From contig CAIJNK010000021.1 in assembly GCA_903822075.1 (NCBI GenBank), positions 13,112 to 77,111 on the forward strand: 64,000 nt of DNA. The letters are read 5' to 3'. Both the position numbers and the translations under genes were made by a program. This document shows, one piece after another, positions 28,502 through 38,056 of this stretch. Numbering within the stretch: the first letter of the stretch is position 1; each line of letters opens with the position of its first letter. The notes beneath the pieces are model-generated. The model worked only from the letters and a program-made list of their open reading frames with translations. It made no database searches and was not told where the DNA came from. The DNA is from an uncultured bacterium. Lineage in GTDB: Bacteria; Patescibacteriota; Minisyncoccia; Phycocordibacterales; GWA1-40-21.

Positions 28502-29626
28502 TTATCCCATGTCCTGCAGACGTCTGAGGGCCAGACCAATGGCCACAGCAAAGGATGGCCCGGCCTGCTTCAAGACATTTTCAAGAAAAGCGGGATACTC
28601 GAGCTTCGAAAACGGATCGGCCAAGGCAACTGGCACACTGAAGCTGGCTTCAGCCTTTTCTCGGAGACCCTTGAGCAATACCCCGCCACCGGTCAGGAAT
28701 ATTTTGCTGATGTTTCGCCCAGTCTTCTTTTGGTAATTCAGGAGAACCCGGCTTATTTCAGAAAAAATATAATCCAAAGTCAGTGAAGTAATCTCGTTAA
28801 TATCCATCGATTCATTTTCTTTTTTCAAAAGTCCTCTTTCTCTTTTTATTTTTTCCGCCTCCTCCACTTTAATACCCAAAGATTTGGAAATAGCCAGAGT
28901 AATATCTTGCGAACCGCGACTAATCATATGCGAGGTGCGCAAGATCCCTTTTTCAATGATGTAAACTTTGGTCGAACCAGAACCAAAGTCAATTATCATC
29001 TGCGGTGCCGTACCCGGCTCCAAGACCGAACGCATGGAACTAAATATTTCTATCTCAGAAAATTGAGTATCAAGTTTGGCAATTTGCGTAATTTCTTTAT
29101 TCTTGGCCATCGCATCATTATGAATGACCACGAGAAGAACGTCGATTGTTTTGTCATCCGGTTTCTCCTCGCTATTTTGATATTCAGAAACAATATTTTC
29201 GTTTCTTGGAATAACCAAGTAATCCAGACTAACTTCGGAAATAGGCACCGGAATATATTTTCTGGCCTCGAGCGGAATCATCTGGGCGAGCTGCTTGGGG
29301 TCCGTTTTGGGCAACTTAATAAAGGAGACCAAACTTGACCCCATGGGAATGGAGATTCCACATTTATTAGTGGTAACATTTGATTCACGCAAAACATCCA
29401 CCACCGCTTGAGCGGTTTGTTCGGTCGTTAGGTTAGTAGCCCGACCAATTTCTACGCCGGCATAAGGACCAAGGGACAATTCGCCGTAGGTTTCAAGTAT
29501 AGCCCTTCCTTTCCTCCTTTTTAACTGGACAACCTTGATGGAAGACGGGCCAATATCAATACCCAGGACACTTTTATTGTTGTCGCTTTGAAAAGCGCTT
29601 TTGAAAAAATTAACTATATCAATCAT
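28502..29626 (-). CDS. pilM: Type IV pilus assembly protein PilM (actin-like ATPase fold).
   Basis: GIDIGPSSIKVVQL phosphate-1 motif. FtsA/PilM-like layout, 374 aa. Confidence 0.75.
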   Translation of the reverse strand: MIDIVNFFKSAFQSDNNKSVLGIDIGPSSIKVVQLKRRKGRAILETYGELSLGPYAGVEIGRATNLTTEQTAQAVVDVLRESNVTTNKCGISIPMGSSLVSFIKLPKTDPKQLAQMIPLEARKYIPVPISEVSLDYLVIPRNENIVSEYQNSEEKPDDKTIDVLLVVIHNDAMAKNKEITQIAKLDTQFSEIEIFSSMRSVLEPGTAPQMIIDFGSGSTKVYIIEKGILRTSHMISRGSQDITLAISKSLGIKVEEAEKIKRERGLLKKENESMDINEITSLTLDYIFSEISRVLLNYQKKTGRNISKIFLTGGGVLLKGLREKAEASFSVPVALADPFSKLEYPAFLENVLKQAGPSFAVAIGLALRRLQDMG

Positions 29627-29668
29627 GTTTGTATACTATTTACGCATTGTATTATATCATACCTAGAA

Positions 29669-30391
29669 ATGAATAACAGAACCATAGCCCGGCTCAAAGA
29701 ATTAACAAATTGGGTAATGGACGGGCTGGCCGATATCCTTCTCCCTAAAGAAAGAAAGGTTCGGTTTTTGGAAACGCTTGGGCCTGATGGTCTCTTCACC
29801 AAGATCCCCCGGTCAGAAAACTTCGATTTTGATACGGACAAGATAAAAGCGATCTTTAATTATAAGACCGTTCTTTGCCGGCAGGCCATTTGGGAGATAA
29901 AATACCGGGCCAACGCCAAACTGATCAGTGATTTCAGCCGACTTTTATATGAGTTCATTTTGGAAGAACTCGGTGATTTGGAAACTTTCAACAATTTTAC
30001 AAATATAATTTTAATCCCCATTCCCTCTTCCAAAGAACGGCAACGGGAGAAGGGTTTTAATCAGTGCGTTCTCATAACTCGCGAACTTCTCAAAATTGAC
30101 CGAGAGAGGAATAGCCATATTTTTACTTTAAGCGAAAATTTTCTTGTCAAAGAAAAGGACACTGCCCACCAGGCCAGAGTCAGTAATCGCCGATTGCGTT
30201 TGAAAAATTTGATAAATACTTTTAGCGTTAATAACACTGGCCTGACCGACTTCGGAAAACTCTCGGAATACTCCTTCATTATCATAGATGATGTCATCAC
30301 CACCGGTGCCACCATGACGGAAGCCTTTCGCACCCTCAAATCTGCCGGCGTCTCTCTTTCAAAAATCCGCGGCTTCGCTCTGGCGCATTAA
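29669..30391 (+). CDS. comF: ComF family phosphoribosyltransferase-domain competence protein.
   Basis: IIIDDVITTGATMTEA PRTase motif. Start taken at MNNRTIARL (29669) to avoid overlap with pilM. No N-terminal zinc finger. Confidence 0.6.
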   Translation: MNNRTIARLKELTNWVMDGLADILLPKERKVRFLETLGPDGLFTKIPRSENFDFDTDKIKAIFNYKTVLCRQAIWEIKYRANAKLISDFSRLLYEFILEELGDLETFNNFTNIILIPIPSSKERQREKGFNQCVLITRELLKIDRERNSHIFTLSENFLVKEKDTAHQARVSNRRLRLKNLINTFSVNNTGLTDFGKLSEYSFIIIDDVITTGATMTEAFRTLKSAGVSLSKIRGFALAH

Positions 30392-30399
30392 AAGACTTG

Positions 30400-30408
30400 T
30401 GCTATTAT
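30400..30408 (+). promoter_or_regulatory. Extended -10-like box TGCTATTAT 6 nt upstream of the ATG at 30415.
   Basis: ATGTGCTATTATCTAGATATG. The upstream ATG of the ORF track (30397) is part of this motif. Confidence 0.45.
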
Positions 30409-30414
30409 CTAGAT

Positions 30415-31731
30415 ATGAAATTTATTCTCGGGAAAAATAAACCGTGGATTTTTATTGGAGTCATTAGTGTTATCCCCCTACTGATTTGGTTGTTTATGCT
30501 GCCCGTGAATAACCGTTTTAGTAACTCCTTTGAGACAATGACGAGTTTGGGCCAAATTTCCGCTCTATTAGGCTTTTCCTTGATGGCGGTGAATATTATT
30601 CTGACCGCCCGTTTTCATTTCTTAGACCGAATCTTCTACGGACTAAATCATGTTTATGTAAAACATCATCTGATCGGCTCGGTCGCCCTTATTCTGCTCT
30701 TGTTTCATCCGCTGATTTTAGCTGTCCGCTATCTGGCTATTTCCACGCAAGCGGCAGCTCTGTTCTTATTACCCAACCTAAATTCATGGCCGCAAACTCT
30801 TGGTACCATTTCTCTCTTGATCATGATGGTCCTCCTTTTTTTCACTTTTTATCTAGCTTGGCAATATCACATTTGGAAATTTTTCCACCGGTTTCTTACC
30901 CTGGCTTTTCTTATTGGCTTTTTCCATGTTGCCTTTATCACAAGTGACGTTTCGGCTAATCTATTTCTACGCTCATACCTATTAAGCTTGGGTGCTTTGG
31001 CCCTCATTGCCTATGGTTACCGTTTGCTCGTGGAGTTTGGCCAATATGGCAAGTTTGGCTACGTCGTGTCCAAAATTCGAAAGATTAATTCGGACGTTTT
31101 GGAATTTAGCTTGGAACCAGTGGGCCAACCGATCAAATACCTGCCCGGTCAATTTACCTTTCTCTCCGTGGAGCAGGAAAATTTCAGCCGGGAAGAACAC
31201 CCCTTCTCTTTTGTTTCTGTGCCGGCCGATCGGGAAATTAAATTTACAATAAAAGCCTTGGGTGAACACACTCGTCTTCTGGCCAATTTGAAGCTCGGCT
31301 CTTTTATTTTTGCGGAAGGACCATATGGCTCTTTTGGTCAACCAGAACATAGTGGTTTACCGGCGAAGAAAGAGATTTGGATTGCCGGCGGAATCGGCAT
31401 AACTCCTTTTGTCAGTCTGGCACATGATATGGAGAAAAGCGGCCGCCGGGCAGATCTGTACCTATCCTTCCGTTCGCCGGAAGAAGATATTTATGTTGAT
31501 GACCTGAAAGACCTGGCCTTAAAGAATCCGGGATTAAAAGTGTTCGTTCACTACAGCCGTAATGAAGGTTACCTGACAGCCGATAAAGTGGAAAGGCTAA
31601 GCGGGCCGCTAAGCGGTTTACCCATTCATATTTGCGGACCAATCCCGTTAATGCAATCTTTAAGAAAACAGTTTATAATTAAAGGCGTAAACAATAATAA
31701 TATTCACTCGGAAGAATTTGATTTTAAATAA
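30415..31731 (+). CDS. Ferric-reductase/NADPH-oxidase-like flavocytochrome (ferric reductase TM domain + FAD-binding + NAD-binding).
   Basis: 6 TM helices with conserved His pairs. EHPFSF FAD-binding motif (HPF[ST]). C-terminal GGIGITPF NAD(P)-binding motif. Confidence 0.7.
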   Translation: MKFILGKNKPWIFIGVISVIPLLIWLFMLPVNNRFSNSFETMTSLGQISALLGFSLMAVNIILTARFHFLDRIFYGLNHVYVKHHLIGSVALILLLFHPLILAVRYLAISTQAAALFLLPNLNSWPQTLGTISLLIMMVLLFFTFYLAWQYHIWKFFHRFLTLAFLIGFFHVAFITSDVSANLFLRSYLLSLGALALIAYGYRLLVEFGQYGKFGYVVSKIRKINSDVLEFSLEPVGQPIKYLPGQFTFLSVEQENFSREEHPFSFVSVPADREIKFTIKALGEHTRLLANLKLGSFIFAEGPYGSFGQPEHSGLPAKKEIWIAGGIGITPFVSLAHDMEKSGRRADLYLSFRSPEEDIYVDDLKDLALKNPGLKVFVHYSRNEGYLTADKVERLSGPLSGLPIHICGPIPLMQSLRKQFIIKGVNNNNIHSEEFDFK

Positions 31732-31738
31732 ATTAACC

Positions 31739-32368
31739 ATGAAAAATTACATCACTATTTCCTTATTTATTTTTTGGGCTGTCGTCGTTGCTATTCTGAC
31801 GGCCGGTTTGGTTTTTTATAACAACAATAATACTCCACTGCCGATTACGGCTAATTCGGGAACAAACTCCACCACCACAAATACTATTGCCAGCACGCCA
31901 GTCGGCTCGAACACCATTAGCGGTTCCAAAGCAAATAAAACAAGCGCACCAAGAGTTACTTCCCCGGCCAATATCAATACCGCCCAGACACCGGTAATCA
32001 CTCCTGCGCCAGCTCCAACCAATAATTCCGTCGTCCTGAGTGCTGCTGAAGTGGCCAAACATAATACGGCCAGTGACTGTTGGATGATTTTGAGCGGAAA
32101 AGTTTACAATTTTACCTCCTTCATCCCTAGCCATCCCGGCGGTTCGTCCATGGTTCCCTACTGCGGACGAGACGGCACCAGTTCCTTCGTGAGCGGTCCG
32201 CCCCACCGGCATTCATCTTTTGCCGACAGCCTGCTTCCGAACTACTATATCGGTGACTTGAATCAAGCGGTGTCTGCCAATCAGACACCGCTTTTGTCTC
32301 CCCCAAACACTTCACCTGCCTTACCGGCCAATCTTCAAAACGGTGATAATGAGGGCAATGATGATTAA
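31739..32368 (+). CDS. Membrane-anchored cytochrome b5-like heme-binding domain protein with Thr/Ser/Pro-rich linker.
   Basis: N-terminal TM anchor, low-complexity T/S/P linker, WMILSGKVYNFTSFIPSHPGG (cyt b5 HPGG motif). The ORF-track start 31718 is a TTG; the ATG is at 31739. Confidence 0.65.
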   Translation: MKNYITISLFIFWAVVVAILTAGLVFYNNNNTPLPITANSGTNSTTTNTIASTPVGSNTISGSKANKTSAPRVTSPANINTAQTPVITPAPAPTNNSVVLSAAEVAKHNTASDCWMILSGKVYNFTSFIPSHPGGSSMVPYCGRDGTSSFVSGPPHRHSSFADSLLPNYYIGDLNQAVSANQTPLLSPPNTSPALPANLQNGDNEGNDD

Positions 32369-32373
32369 ATAAT

Positions 32374-32991
32374 ATGAAACTTTTTCTAACATCCATCGGC
32401 CTGCCCAATAAAAAAATAAGAGAAGCTTTTTTAGCTATCCTACCCAAAGAGCCAAAACTTTGCTCCGTCCTGCTTATCGCTTATATCCGCACCAAAGAAG
32501 AAGAAAAATTTCTGATTTTCCTGAAAAAAGAAATGACCAAAGTTGGCATAACGGACATTTATTTTTTTAACCTTAAGAAAGAAATTTTTGCTGAAACCAC
32601 AGAAAGCAAAAAAACTTATGACATCATTTACATGTCCGGTGGCAGTACTTTTGAAATGCTGGAACGGATCCGCCAAACCAAAGTTGATTCATTCATCAAG
32701 AAATATTCCGCTAGGAAAAACGCCATCTACTTTGCTTTAAGCGCCGGCAGTATCATCGCCGGGCCAAACATTGAAACCGCCGGCTGGGGCAGTGAAGCGG
32801 ATGATAACCCACTCAATTTAAAAAACCTGACCGGTCTCAAACTCACCAACCTTGCCATATTCCCCCATTTCAAAAAGAGGCTTGAAAAAGAAGTGACCGC
32901 CTTTCAAAATAAAGTCACCTATCCTATTATCCCCCTCACCGACAAACAAGCAGTACTCATAGAAGATAAAAAATATAAGGTAATTGGATAA
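32374..32991 (+). CDS. Peptidase S51 family (dipeptidase E/cyanophycinase-like).
   Basis: YMSGGSTFEML (GGNTF-like) and ALSAGSII motifs, 205 aa. Confidence 0.6.
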   Translation: MKLFLTSIGLPNKKIREAFLAILPKEPKLCSVLLIAYIRTKEEEKFLIFLKKEMTKVGITDIYFFNLKKEIFAETTESKKTYDIIYMSGGSTFEMLERIRQTKVDSFIKKYSARKNAIYFALSAGSIIAGPNIETAGWGSEADDNPLNLKNLTGLKLTNLAIFPHFKKRLEKEVTAFQNKVTYPIIPLTDKQAVLIEDKKYKVIG

Positions 32992-32993
32992 AA

Positions 32994-33392
32994 TTATCTA
33001 TTCAAATAAGTAATCGTCAGCTGTAAAACAGTGGCAAAAGATACCCAAGCTAAATATGGGATTTGGATATAAGTCACCCAGTGAGCATAAGGATAAATAG
33101 CAATCGTGAGCCAGATAAGAGTACTGAGGACCAGGAGGATATCCACGGCCGACAGGAAATTATTCTTCAGGCCAAATTGAAAATAAGTAAAAGAAAAATT
33201 AAAGACTAGATTTAAAATAAAAGGCAGAATGACAATAAACGGAATCTTTTTGGTCAAAAACAAATAACCAACGTAACCGTAGGAAATGGCAATCAAGACA
33301 TATAAAAAAGTCCAGACCGGACCAAAGAGCCAGGAGGGTGGTGACCAGGTAGGTTTAATCAGTTGCGAATACCAGTTATAAGCTTTGTTCAT
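32994..33392 (-). CDS. TspO/MBR (tryptophan-rich sensory protein) family membrane protein.
   Basis: NWYSQLIKPTWSPPSWLFGPVWTFLY N-terminal signature, 4-5 TM helices. Confidence 0.6.
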   Translation of the reverse strand: MNKAYNWYSQLIKPTWSPPSWLFGPVWTFLYVLIAISYGYVGYLFLTKKIPFIVILPFILNLVFNFSFTYFQFGLKNNFLSAVDILLVLSTLIWLTIAIYPYAHWVTYIQIPYLAWVSFATVLQLTITYLNR

Positions 33393-33407
33393 AACTGGTA
33401 TTATACC

Positions 33408-33926
33408 CTATTTCAACAATCTCGGGAATAAGTTTTGCACTTTTTCCACTTTGGTTTGAATAACATTTTGGCTGTAGACGTTGTCGGAATTGTGATGATA
33501 ATAATTCAAATGTTCCTTTTCCGCCCGATAGAAACGGTCAATCAATTTCACTTTCGTGACAATCGGCTCACCGGCATCCAGCAAATGTTTGAGATGCTTC
33601 TCAACAATTTCTTTTTGTTTCTTGTCCGAATACAAGATAATGGAACGATACTGTGTGCCGATGTCATCACCTTGACGATTCAATGTCGTGGCATCATGAC
33701 TGGCAAAAAAGACCGCAAGCAAATCCTCCAATTTAATTTGCTCCGGATCATAATCCACTCTGACCACTTCCGCATGACCGGTCTCCCCCGTCTGCACCTG
33801 CTCATAAGTGGGAAATTTCTTGTCTCCACCGGCATAACCTGGCATCACGGCGGACACACCCCTCAAGAGTTTAAACACTGCCTCGGTACACCAGAAACAA
33901 CCGCCGCCAAAATAAATAGTTTCCAT
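33408..33926 (-). CDS. msrA: Peptide methionine-S-sulfoxide reductase MsrA.
   Basis: GGGCFWCTE active-site motif, 172 aa. Confidence 0.85.
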   Translation of the reverse strand: METIYFGGGCFWCTEAVFKLLRGVSAVMPGYAGGDKKFPTYEQVQTGETGHAEVVRVDYDPEQIKLEDLLAVFFASHDATTLNRQGDDIGTQYRSIILYSDKKQKEIVEKHLKHLLDAGEPIVTKVKLIDRFYRAEKEHLNYYHHNSDNVYSQNVIQTKVEKVQNLFPRLLK

Positions 33927-34027
33927 TTTATTTTATTAGATTATTAAAAAATAATGTTAATAAAAACATTTTTCGTTGCTTTCAATGTCCATATTACGTC
34001 CAATTAGGTTAAAAGATTATGAAAAAA

Positions 34028-35902
34028 CTATTTTTTCTTCACATAAAGTGAGAAAATACGAACAGAGTTTCCTAGAGGTAGAAAGTCAGTCAAGAAATTA
34101 TACAGAGCGGCGCTCGTCGGCACCAAAACACCGGCAAAAACCAAGGCTAAACCAACCACATTGCTTATCCCCCAAATCAAAAAATCCTGATTGGCAATCT
34201 TCATGGTGTACTTGGAAACCCGTATCAGTCTGGCAATCTGAGAGAAATCGTCTTTCATTAAAACGATGTCGGATGATTCAATGGCCACATCCATTCCGAT
34301 ACTCCCCATGGAAATCCCCACGTCCGCGAGTGACAGGGCCGCCGCGTCGTTAACGCCATCCCCCACCATGGCCACCTTATATTTAGAGTTAAGTTCTTTT
34401 TTAATATAGGCCAGTTTTTGTTCCGGCAAAAGATTGGGGTAAAAATGCGTGACCCCTAACTTGTCTGCCAGTCTCTTGGCCACCCGCTCGTTGTCCCCAG
34501 TGAGCATGATTATTTTTTCCACCCCCAGCATTTTAAGTTCGGCAATATTTTTAGCCAATTGCGGTTTCACCTCATCGGACAAAACAAAGAAACCCTGAAT
34601 GCGTCCCTCGGCGCCTATCACCGTGACATTGAAGCCTTGTTCTTCCTCAGTCAGAATTTTTTTATGCAAGTCCGGAGCGACGGCAAAGCCAAACTCTTCC
34701 GCAAAGGATGGCCGACCCAGCAAGACCTTTTGCTTGCCGATCTCCGCGGTCACCCCTTTGCCCGGAATCTCCCGTGTTGTCTTTACTTCTTCGTCTACCG
34801 CCTGATGCTTGCCGTCCAGATATTCCAAAATAGCTTTTGAGATCGGATGGTCAGACTGTTCGGTAATAGTTTTAGCCAAACTGGCCAGATCCGCACAACT
34901 ATTTCCGGCACACTCAAACTTTTCTACTTTTAGCCGGCCTTTGGTAAGAGTGCCGGTCTTGTCCACAAACATAACCTTGACCTGACCCAAGGCTTCCAAA
35001 TAACTGGCTCCTTTAATGATAGCGCCGTTTTTGGCACAGTAGCTCACGGCCGTGAGGAAAGCCAAAGGCACGGCCACGGCCACGTCATCCGCACAGACCA
35101 CCAGCATGATAGCCAGAATCATTTTTAAGTTATAGCCCAGAAAAAGCAAAATAATCGCCCCGGCAAAAACCACAATCAAATAAATGGAAGCAAACTTTTC
35201 GGCTGTCGTATGAATGTCCGGCTTTTCCAATTGTGCTCCTTCCACCAGTTTGATGATTTTTTCCAAAGTTGTTTCCGTGCCCACTTTTTCGGCTCGAATA
35301 GTCAAGTGACCACTTTCAACCAAAGTGGAGCTCCAGGCTTTGTCCCCCTTCTTTTTGGCCACCGGCAGGGATTCACCGGTCAAAGATGACTCGTTCACAT
35401 CCGCCTCACCGGACACCACCTCACCGTCCACTGGCACGCGTTCACCCAGATCTACCAACACAAAATCCCCAATCATCACTTCGCTCGGCGAAACTTCTTT
35501 CACCGTTCCGCCCCGCTCCACTTTGATCTTGGTGGGTTTCAGCTTGAGCAGGCCGTCAATATTCTTGCGCGCCCGCGCCTCGTTATAAGACATGAAGATG
35601 CGGGCGGAAGCGAGCATCAAGTTTATAAACACCGCGGACAGCCACTCATGGGCCAGCAAGGAAAAAATCAACGCCACACTGGCCAAAAGATCCACGGAAA
35701 TGCGCCGCGTCTGCAAAGATTTGAAAGCGCTGTACAAGACCGGTAAAGTGCCGAGGATAGCGGTTAACAGGAGAAAATAATTACCGCCTTTTCCCGCGAG
35801 GGACTGTGGGTCCAGATTTAAAACGGAAATGAAAATAGCACCGAGTAACAAAATCACTAGCCCGACATCAAACTTGCTGACATAATCAAACGCTCGCTTC
35901 AT
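34028..35902 (-). CDS. P1B-like (heavy-metal-type) P-type ATPase lacking an N-terminal HMA domain and with CAD in place of the CPC motif.
   Basis: DKTGTLT phosphorylation motif, GDGVNDAAAL, TGES actuator motif. TM6 region VVCADDVAVAVP aligns to the CPC position. Confidence 0.75.
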   Translation of the reverse strand: MKRAFDYVSKFDVGLVILLLGAIFISVLNLDPQSLAGKGGNYFLLLTAILGTLPVLYSAFKSLQTRRISVDLLASVALIFSLLAHEWLSAVFINLMLASARIFMSYNEARARKNIDGLLKLKPTKIKVERGGTVKEVSPSEVMIGDFVLVDLGERVPVDGEVVSGEADVNESSLTGESLPVAKKKGDKAWSSTLVESGHLTIRAEKVGTETTLEKIIKLVEGAQLEKPDIHTTAEKFASIYLIVVFAGAIILLFLGYNLKMILAIMLVVCADDVAVAVPLAFLTAVSYCAKNGAIIKGASYLEALGQVKVMFVDKTGTLTKGRLKVEKFECAGNSCADLASLAKTITEQSDHPISKAILEYLDGKHQAVDEEVKTTREIPGKGVTAEIGKQKVLLGRPSFAEEFGFAVAPDLHKKILTEEEQGFNVTVIGAEGRIQGFFVLSDEVKPQLAKNIAELKMLGVEKIIMLTGDNERVAKRLADKLGVTHFYPNLLPEQKLAYIKKELNSKYKVAMVGDGVNDAAALSLADVGISMGSIGMDVAIESSDIVLMKDDFSQIARLIRVSKYTMKIANQDFLIWGISNVVGLALVFAGVLVPTSAALYNFLTDFLPLGNSVRIFSLYVKKK

Positions 35903-35941
35903 ATAAAGACTATTTTACCTTATTTATCAGGCAAAACACAA

Positions 35942-36493
35942 TCAAGCGAGCCTTAAACTCTTTCTTATTTCCCGGTAATTTGGAATGGTTTGCCCCACTA
36001 AATACCAAAAATTATTGGAATGATTAAACTCTTGCAAATGGCATAATTCATGAACCACAATATAATCCCGGATTTCCTCTGGCAAAAAAACCAGCTTATA
36101 ATTAAAATTTAAGTTGCCCTGTTTGGAGCAACTTCCCCATCGGCTCCGCTGATTCCGAATGCTTACCCGATTAAATTTGAGACCGTAGTATTGGTTAAAA
36201 TAGTTCAACTGTTCCAAGACCAGCGCCAAGGCCCGATCCTTATTTTCCCGGTAATCCTTCTTAGAACTTTTTGGCACAAACCGCAAGGGCGAGCTTAAAA
36301 ATTTCTGCACCCGAGGGATAATCCACTCTTTTTTCTCCTGGACAAACTTATCCAGGATTTTCAAATCAAAAAACCTTGGCACGGTGGCCACCACCCGCCC
36401 ATCCCGGTGAATAGTTACCCGCAGGCGCCTGGCCCGGGCGCTTCTTTTCACTTCATATTCAATGTCCTCAAACTTCTCCATCCGTGAAATCAT
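35942..36493 (-). CDS. YgjP-like M48/DUF45 metallohydrolase.
   Basis: VVHELCHLQEFNHSNNFW (HExxH...NHS..FW), 183 aa. Confidence 0.7.
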   Translation of the reverse strand: MISRMEKFEDIEYEVKRSARARRLRVTIHRDGRVVATVPRFFDLKILDKFVQEKKEWIIPRVQKFLSSPLRFVPKSSKKDYRENKDRALALVLEQLNYFNQYYGLKFNRVSIRNQRSRWGSCSKQGNLNFNYKLVFLPEEIRDYIVVHELCHLQEFNHSNNFWYLVGQTIPNYREIRKSLRLA

Positions 36494-36618
36494 TTACTGC
36501 TATGCGCCAAAATAAAATTCACCAGATTATCCACCCAGTATTTTTGCGTACAAAGCAAAATAATGCCAACGATTATTAAAACTAAAAGAATGAGCCGAAT
36601 CACGTTTATTGTTTTCAT
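36490..36618 (-). CDS. Possible 42-aa small hydrophobic protein translationally coupled (ATGA overlap) to the YgjP-like gene.
   Basis: MKTINVIRLILLVLIIVGIILLCTQKYWVDNLVNFILAHSSK. The stop overlaps the downstream ATG. Confidence 0.3.
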   Translation of the reverse strand: MKTINVIRLILLVLIIVGIILLCTQKYWVDNLVNFILAHSSK

Positions 36619-36729
36619 GGTTATATTTTACCTTATTTTAAAATTATTTGCTCGGATAACTTGTTCATTTACCATTAAAAAAAGGGCCAGCAAGCTGACC
36701 CCCCCCTTCGCTTCGAACTCGTCCCCTCC

Positions 36730-37404
36730 TTATTTCTTCGATCCGAGAATCCTCAAGATCGAAATGAAGAGATTGATGATGTCCAGGTAAAGCGAAACCG
36801 AGACGTCCACCGCATTGTCCGCCGTCTGTCCGATGTTATTGGCTCGATACATGTCATAACCAATATAGAGTGAGAAGATCAGCGCCGAAGCATAATCAAT
36901 CCACCCAAAATCGAACTGTGGCACAAAGCACTGCACCAGCCGAACCGTCACCAAGCCAAGAAGAGCAACGAACAACGCCCCGCCCATTTTCGCGAACACG
37001 CTTGGGAACATAGTTCCAGCCGCCCCCATAACACCCGTAACCAGCAGGGTTATCATTGCCGCGTCTCTCACTACATTTGGCGAATAGACATTGGCAATCG
37101 GCGCCAAGAGAAAGCCAAACGGGGCCACCACCATGTTGTACCCGATAAAGGAAATGAAAGCGTTGTCTGACTTGGCCGAGATCAGCACTCCGATGACTGG
37201 TATCACGAGGCCGATCCCCAAGAGCATCCAGATATTTGTCTTCAAATCCATTTTCGCGAAATGGTTTGCCAGGATGACCGTAAGACCAAGGCCCCAGCAA
37301 AGACAAACGCCAATCAGGAAGTAGAACGAACTGGCCGAAATGGTATTCCGCCCCCTTCGCTCAAAGACACCGGTATCCAACATCGAACGGCTATCGTCAC
37401 TCAT
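36730..37404 (-). CDS. Bax inhibitor-1/YccA family membrane protein.
   Basis: 7 TM helices. C-terminal SLYLDIINLFISILRILG signature. Confidence 0.75.
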   Translation of the reverse strand: MSDDSRSMLDTGVFERRGRNTISASSFYFLIGVCLCWGLGLTVILANHFAKMDLKTNIWMLLGIGLVIPVIGVLISAKSDNAFISFIGYNMVVAPFGFLLAPIANVYSPNVVRDAAMITLLVTGVMGAAGTMFPSVFAKMGGALFVALLGLVTVRLVQCFVPQFDFGWIDYASALIFSLYIGYDMYRANNIGQTADNAVDVSVSLYLDIINLFISILRILGSKK

Positions 37405-37591
37405 GCTATCACCCTTCTTTCTTCCTAGAGTTTGCTAGGCCATTTACCAACTATTAAGGTACACCCGCCAAGTAGTGTACACCTTTTTACTGTTTTGTCA
37501 AGAAAAACAGGTAATGTGCATACATACGCACTTGACTATGTTTTACTCTCTGTTACCATAAAAAATAGAGTGTAAATTGAAAGGGGTATGC

Positions 37592-38056
37592 ATGAGAAAA
37601 AACCTGTTTGTAAAAGTGTCTGGTGATCTGTACCAAAAACCAAGCTTCATTAAATACCTGAGAACTGTCACACGTAAATACTTCACTGTCGTTTGCGTTG
37701 GTGGCGGAACTCAGATCAACGAGGCAATAGCTGAGAAAGGCATCGAACCTGGACCGCACGGACCAATGGGCCGTGAGCTGCCAAGTTTCGAACTTCGGCA
37801 AGTAGCGAGAGATGTGTTGGAGAGAAATCAAACTGAACTTCAAAACACCCTCGCCAGCCTTGAGATTAACGCGGTGGTGATCATCCCCGTTCTGGATCTC
37901 GGCTCGGTATTGTGCCATGTGAACGGCGACGAAATGGTCAAGACCGCCTACATCGGCTTTGATCGTCTGGTTGTCATCACGACAAAGGACCGGCTGGAAA
38001 AGAAGGCTCTGGAATTTCGGGGCTTGGACAAGGTTAAGGTGATAGGTTTGAAATGA
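37592..38056 (+). CDS. Short amino-acid-kinase-fold-like protein (truncated AAK-like).
   Basis: LFVKVSGDL and VVCVGGGTQINEA resemble AAK N-terminal lobe motifs. Only ~154 aa. SD AGGGG 5 nt before ATG. The ORF-track start 37577 is a TTG. Confidence 0.35.
   Translation: MRKNLFVKVSGDLYQKPSFIKYLRTVTRKYFTVVCVGGGTQINEAIAEKGIEPGPHGPMGRELPSFELRQVARDVLERNQTELQNTLASLEINAVVIIPVLDLGSVLCHVNGDEMVKTAYIGFDRLVVITTKDRLEKKALEFRGLDKVKVIGLK

Noticed and set aside
31763-32212. 149-aa and 80-aa minus-strand ORFs
   Set aside because: Antisense to the cytochrome b5-like gene, which has the HPGG motif and a proper TM anchor.
33435-33947. 170-aa plus-strand ORF
   Set aside because: Shadow ORF antisense to msrA, which has the diagnostic GCFWC motif.
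36563-36790. 75-aa plus-strand ORF in the YgjP/BI-1 intergenic region
   Set aside because: Overlaps the 3' end of the BI-1 gene. No SD/promoter. The minus-strand 42-aa ORF coupled to YgjP is the more plausible small gene, and is itself low confidence.
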